Shown: positions 37,291-39,945 of the stretch, in pieces
How the letters are laid out: every line of letters begins with the position of its first letter
Position numbering within the stretch: the stretch's first letter is position 1
Source of the DNA: Synechococcus sp.
GTDB lineage: Bacteria; Cyanobacteriota; Cyanobacteriia; Thermostichales; PCC-7336
NCBI GenBank assembly: GCA_051439605.1
Contig: JBFRWN010000042.1
Location: 1-39,945, forward strand
DNA length: 39,945 nt
Reading direction: 5' to 3'
Position numbers and translations under genes: made by a program
The notes under the pieces: model-generated
Seen by the model: the letters and a program-made list of their open reading frames with translations, nothing else
Database searches by the model: none
What the model was told of the DNA's origin: nothing

Positions 37291-39945
37291 TTAGAGCTTT
37301 TCTAACCGCGCCGTCAGAATTTCAGCCTGTTTTTGCAATTCTGCCAGCGATTGACGGTTTGCTTCTACTACGTCTGCCGGAGCACGGTTGACAAAATTGG
37401 GGTTATTCAGACGACCGTTAATTCCTTTCATTTCCCCTTCAATCTTGCCTAAGTCCTTACGCAGCTTGGCTTTGAGAGCCTCAATATCCACTAGCCCTGC
37501 TAGTGGCATGAGCACCTGGATGGTTCCCACCACCCCCGCTGCTACCTGCTTCAGCTCCTCCTCCAGGACCGACACAATAGTTAGGTTTTCCACCTTCGCT
37601 AGCCGCTTGATGTAATCCTGCGAACGAGTGAGTACCGCCCGTTCCGCTTCGTTTTCGCTCTGGAAAATAACGGCAATCGTTTGATTCGGCTTGATGCTGG
37701 CTTCCGCCCGCAAATTACGCACGGTGCGAATCGCATCGATCGCCAACTGGAAATCGGCCTCCAGCTGTTTGTCGATCTCCGTTGCGGTGGCAGTGGGGTA
37801 GGGCTCTACCGAGATCGAGGTTTTGGCCCCTGCCTGCGTGAGAGTTTGCCAAATTTCTTCGGTGAGGTGAGGCATCCAAGGATGCAGCATTCTCAGCATG
37901 CCTTCTAGCACTTGGGCGAGGACCTGCTGTGCCGTCAGCTTGGATTGTGCGTCGTCGCTCCAGAGGCGGGATTTAACCAGTTCGATATACCAATCGCAAA
38001 AGTCATCCCAAATAAAGCTGTAAACCACCCGGGCTCCGTCCCCCATGCCGTAGTTATCCAGCAGGCGGCTAACCTCTTGAACGGTGGAGGCATACCGAGA
38101 TAGAATCCAGCGATCGCTCAGCTCCAGTGCGTCAGGGTCGGGGGGTCCCAGCTGTTCCGGGGTCTTGCCCTCTAGATTCATGAGGACGAAGCGGGAAGCA
38201 TTCCAGATTTTGTTGGCGAAATTGCGGGCTGCTTCCACCGTGGAGGATTCGCCAGTTTTGCGATCGTAGGCCAAGCGGATATCTTGGCCGGTGCCAATCA
38301 CCTCCTTCACTAGGGCAAACCGCAAGGCATCGGTGCCGTACTTGTCCATCAGCTCAAGTGGATCGATGCCGTTCCCCTTTGACTTCGACATTTTTGAGCC
38401 GTTTTCGTCGAGTACGAGCCCATTGATATACACATCTTTGAAGGGTAGCGTGTGTGCCAACTCCGAACTCATCATCGTCATGCGGGCCACCCAGAAGAAG
38501 ATGATGTCGAAGCCAGTGGACATCAGGGTGTTGGGGAAGTAGCGATCGAAGTCTTCGGTGGTATCCGGCCAGCCCAGGGTGGAAAAGGGCCACAGACCGG
38601 AGGAGAACCAGGTGTCTAGAACATCTTCTTCTTGGACGAGTTCGACATCGGCACCGAATTTCTCTCGCGCTTTTTCTTGGGCTTCTTCCAGGTTGCGGGC
38701 AACAACGTAGTTTTGAGGGTTGTCGTCGCCTTTGACGTACCAAGCGGGAATTTGGTGGCCCCACCACAGTTGGCGAGAGACGCACCAGGGGCGCAGCTTG
38801 GCTAGCCAGCCTTCGTAGACTTTGGTCCACTTTTCGGGGATGAAGGCGGGGTCGTGCTGGGTTTGGGAGGATTCCAGGCAGGACTTGGCCATGCCGCTGA
38901 CGTCGCAGAACCACTGGATGGAGAGGAAAGGTTCGACGGGGACTTTGCCACGATCGCTGTAGGGGACGGAGTGGGTGTAGTCTTCGATTTTGTCTAGCAG
39001 GCTGTTGTCTTCGAACCACTTGACAACGGCTTTGCGGGCGTCGAAGCGATCGAGCCCCTGCATGATGCCGCCGTTCTCGTTGATGGAGCCATCCTTATTC
39101 AGGATGTTGATGAAGGGGAGGTTGTGGCGCTTGCCGATTTCGAAGTCGTTGGGGTCGTGGGCGGGGGTGATTTTGACGCAGCCCGAGCCGAATTCTGGAT
39201 CGACGTAGTCGTCTGCCACGATGGGGATGAGACGATCTTGGATGGGCAGGCGGATGTGCTTGCCGACTAGATCTTTGTAGCGATCGTCGTTGGGGTTTAT
39301 GGCGACGGCGGTGTCCCCCAGCATGGTTTCGGGGCGGGTGGTGGCGACAACGAGGTAGCGTTCCGGGTCGTCGGACAGCGGATAGCGGAAGTGCCACAAA
39401 TGGGACTGAATTTCTTTGTTTTCAACTTCGATATCCGACACCGCTGTCTGGGTGGCCGGACACCAGTTGACCAGGTACTCGCCGCGATAAATCAGTCCTT
39501 CTTCGTAGAACCGGACAAAGGCTTCGATGACTGCTTTGTTCAGCCCTTCATCCATCGTGAACCGTTCGCGGCTCCAGTCGAGGGAGAGGCCGAGACGGCG
39601 TAGCTGTCCGGTAATCGAGCCGTGGGAAAAGTGCTTCCACTCCCAGGCTTGTTTGAGGAATTCTTCGCGGCCTAAATCGAAGCGGGTTTTTCCGTCTTGA
39701 CGCAGCTTGTTCTCCAAGATGGCGTGGACGGCAATGGAGGCGTGGTCGGTGCCGGGAACCCAGAGGACGTTGTAGCCGCGCATGCGTTTGTAGCGGGTGA
39801 TGACGTCGGGCAGGGTGAAGGCGAAGGCGTGACCCATGTGCAGACTGCCGGTGACGTTGGGGGGGGGCAGTACCATGCTGAAGGCTTCGCCGGGTTGTTT
39901 GGGGTCGGCGACGTACACTCCCTTTTCTTCCCAGAATTGCTGCCA
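37291..39945 (-). CDS. valS: Valine--tRNA ligase; 5'-partial, begins beyond the right edge
   Basis: [43 protein letters not shown]-terminal coiled coil. The frame stays open to the window end ([14 protein letters not shown]). Confidence 0.98.
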   Translation of the reverse strand, partial: WQQFWEEKGVYVADPKQPGEAFSMVLPPPNVTGSLHMGHAFAFTLPDVITRYKRMRGYNVLWVPGTDHASIAVHAILENKLRQDGKTRFDLGREEFLKQAWEWKHFSHGSITGQLRRLGLSLDWSRERFTMDEGLNKAVIEAFVRFYEEGLIYRGEYLVNWCPATQTAVSDIEVENKEIQSHLWHFRYPLSDDPERYLVVATTRPETMLGDTAVAINPNDDRYKDLVGKHIRLPIQDRLIPIVADDYVDPEFGSGCVKITPAHDPNDFEIGKRHNLPFINILNKDGSINENGGIMQGLDRFDARKAVVKWFEDNSLLDKIEDYTHSVPYSDRGKVPVEPFLSIQWFCDVSGMAKSCLESSQTQHDPAFIPEKWTKVYEGWLAKLRPWCVSRQLWWGHQIPAWYVKGDDNPQNYVVARNLEEAQEKAREKFGADVELVQEEDVLDTWFSSGLWPFSTLGWPDTTEDFDRYFPNTLMSTGFDIIFFWVARMTMMSSELAHTLPFKDVYINGLVLDENGSKMSKSKGNGIDPLELMDKYGTDALRFALVKEVIGTGQDIRLAYDRKTGESSTVEAARNFANKIWNASRFVLMNLEGKTPEQLGPPDPDALELSDRWILSRYASTVQEVSRLLDNYGMGDGARVVYSFIWDDFCDWYIELVKSRLWSDDAQSKLTAQQVLAQVLEGMLRMLHPWMPHLTEEIWQTLTQAGAKTSISVEPYPTATATEIDKQLEADFQLAIDAIRTVRNLRAEASIKPNQTIAVIFQSENEAERAVLTRSQDYIKRLAKVENLTIVSVLEEELKQVAAGVVGTIQVLMPLAGLVDIEALKAKLRKDLGKIEGEMKGINGRLNNPNFVNRAPADVVEANRQSLAELQKQAEILTARLEKL

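Noticed and set aside
38354..39397. Alternative-frame Arg/Pro-rich ORFs within valS (and similar ones inside other genes)
   Set aside because: By-products of C-ending codon bias in real genes.
1..39945. Frequent GCGATCGC octamer
   Set aside because: HIP1, an ordinary genome-wide cyanobacterial repeat; used only as a taxonomic clue.

Overview
Cyanobacterial chromosomal window, inferred from frequent HIP1 GCGATCGC octamers and cyanobacterial-type rne, cruP and inrS. The left end is the most notable part. A Ro60/Rsr (TROVE-vWA) gene on the minus strand (1-1593) runs off the left edge and is absent from the ORF track. Directly upstream lie five tandem tRNA-shaped ncRNAs (1646-2284) whose anticodon arm is replaced by a Y-RNA-like Ro-binding element. 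Three carry the alanine identity set G1-C72/G2-C71/G3.U70/A73, and two of those encode CCA. A NACHT-HEAT NTPase is transcribed divergently, with G5-box repeats in the shared intergenic region. Next come SulP, an SDR, and an AT-rich islet (decayed toxin-antitoxin pair plus a trypsin-like protease) bracketed by a ~195-bp duplication of the 3' end of a DUF790 gene. The remainder is mostly housekeeping: radical SAM fusion, rne with a long leader, ABC peptide-binding protein, cupin, UvrD-type helicase, Ser/Thr kinase, WD40 protein, inrS, ftsL-like gene, rsmH, cruP, DUF900, DUF2358, folB, a multi-GAF histidine kinase, a degenerate thermonuclease-fold protein, an MDR oxidoreductase and valS (5'-partial). 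All calls come from manual reading and motif recognition; no searches were run.
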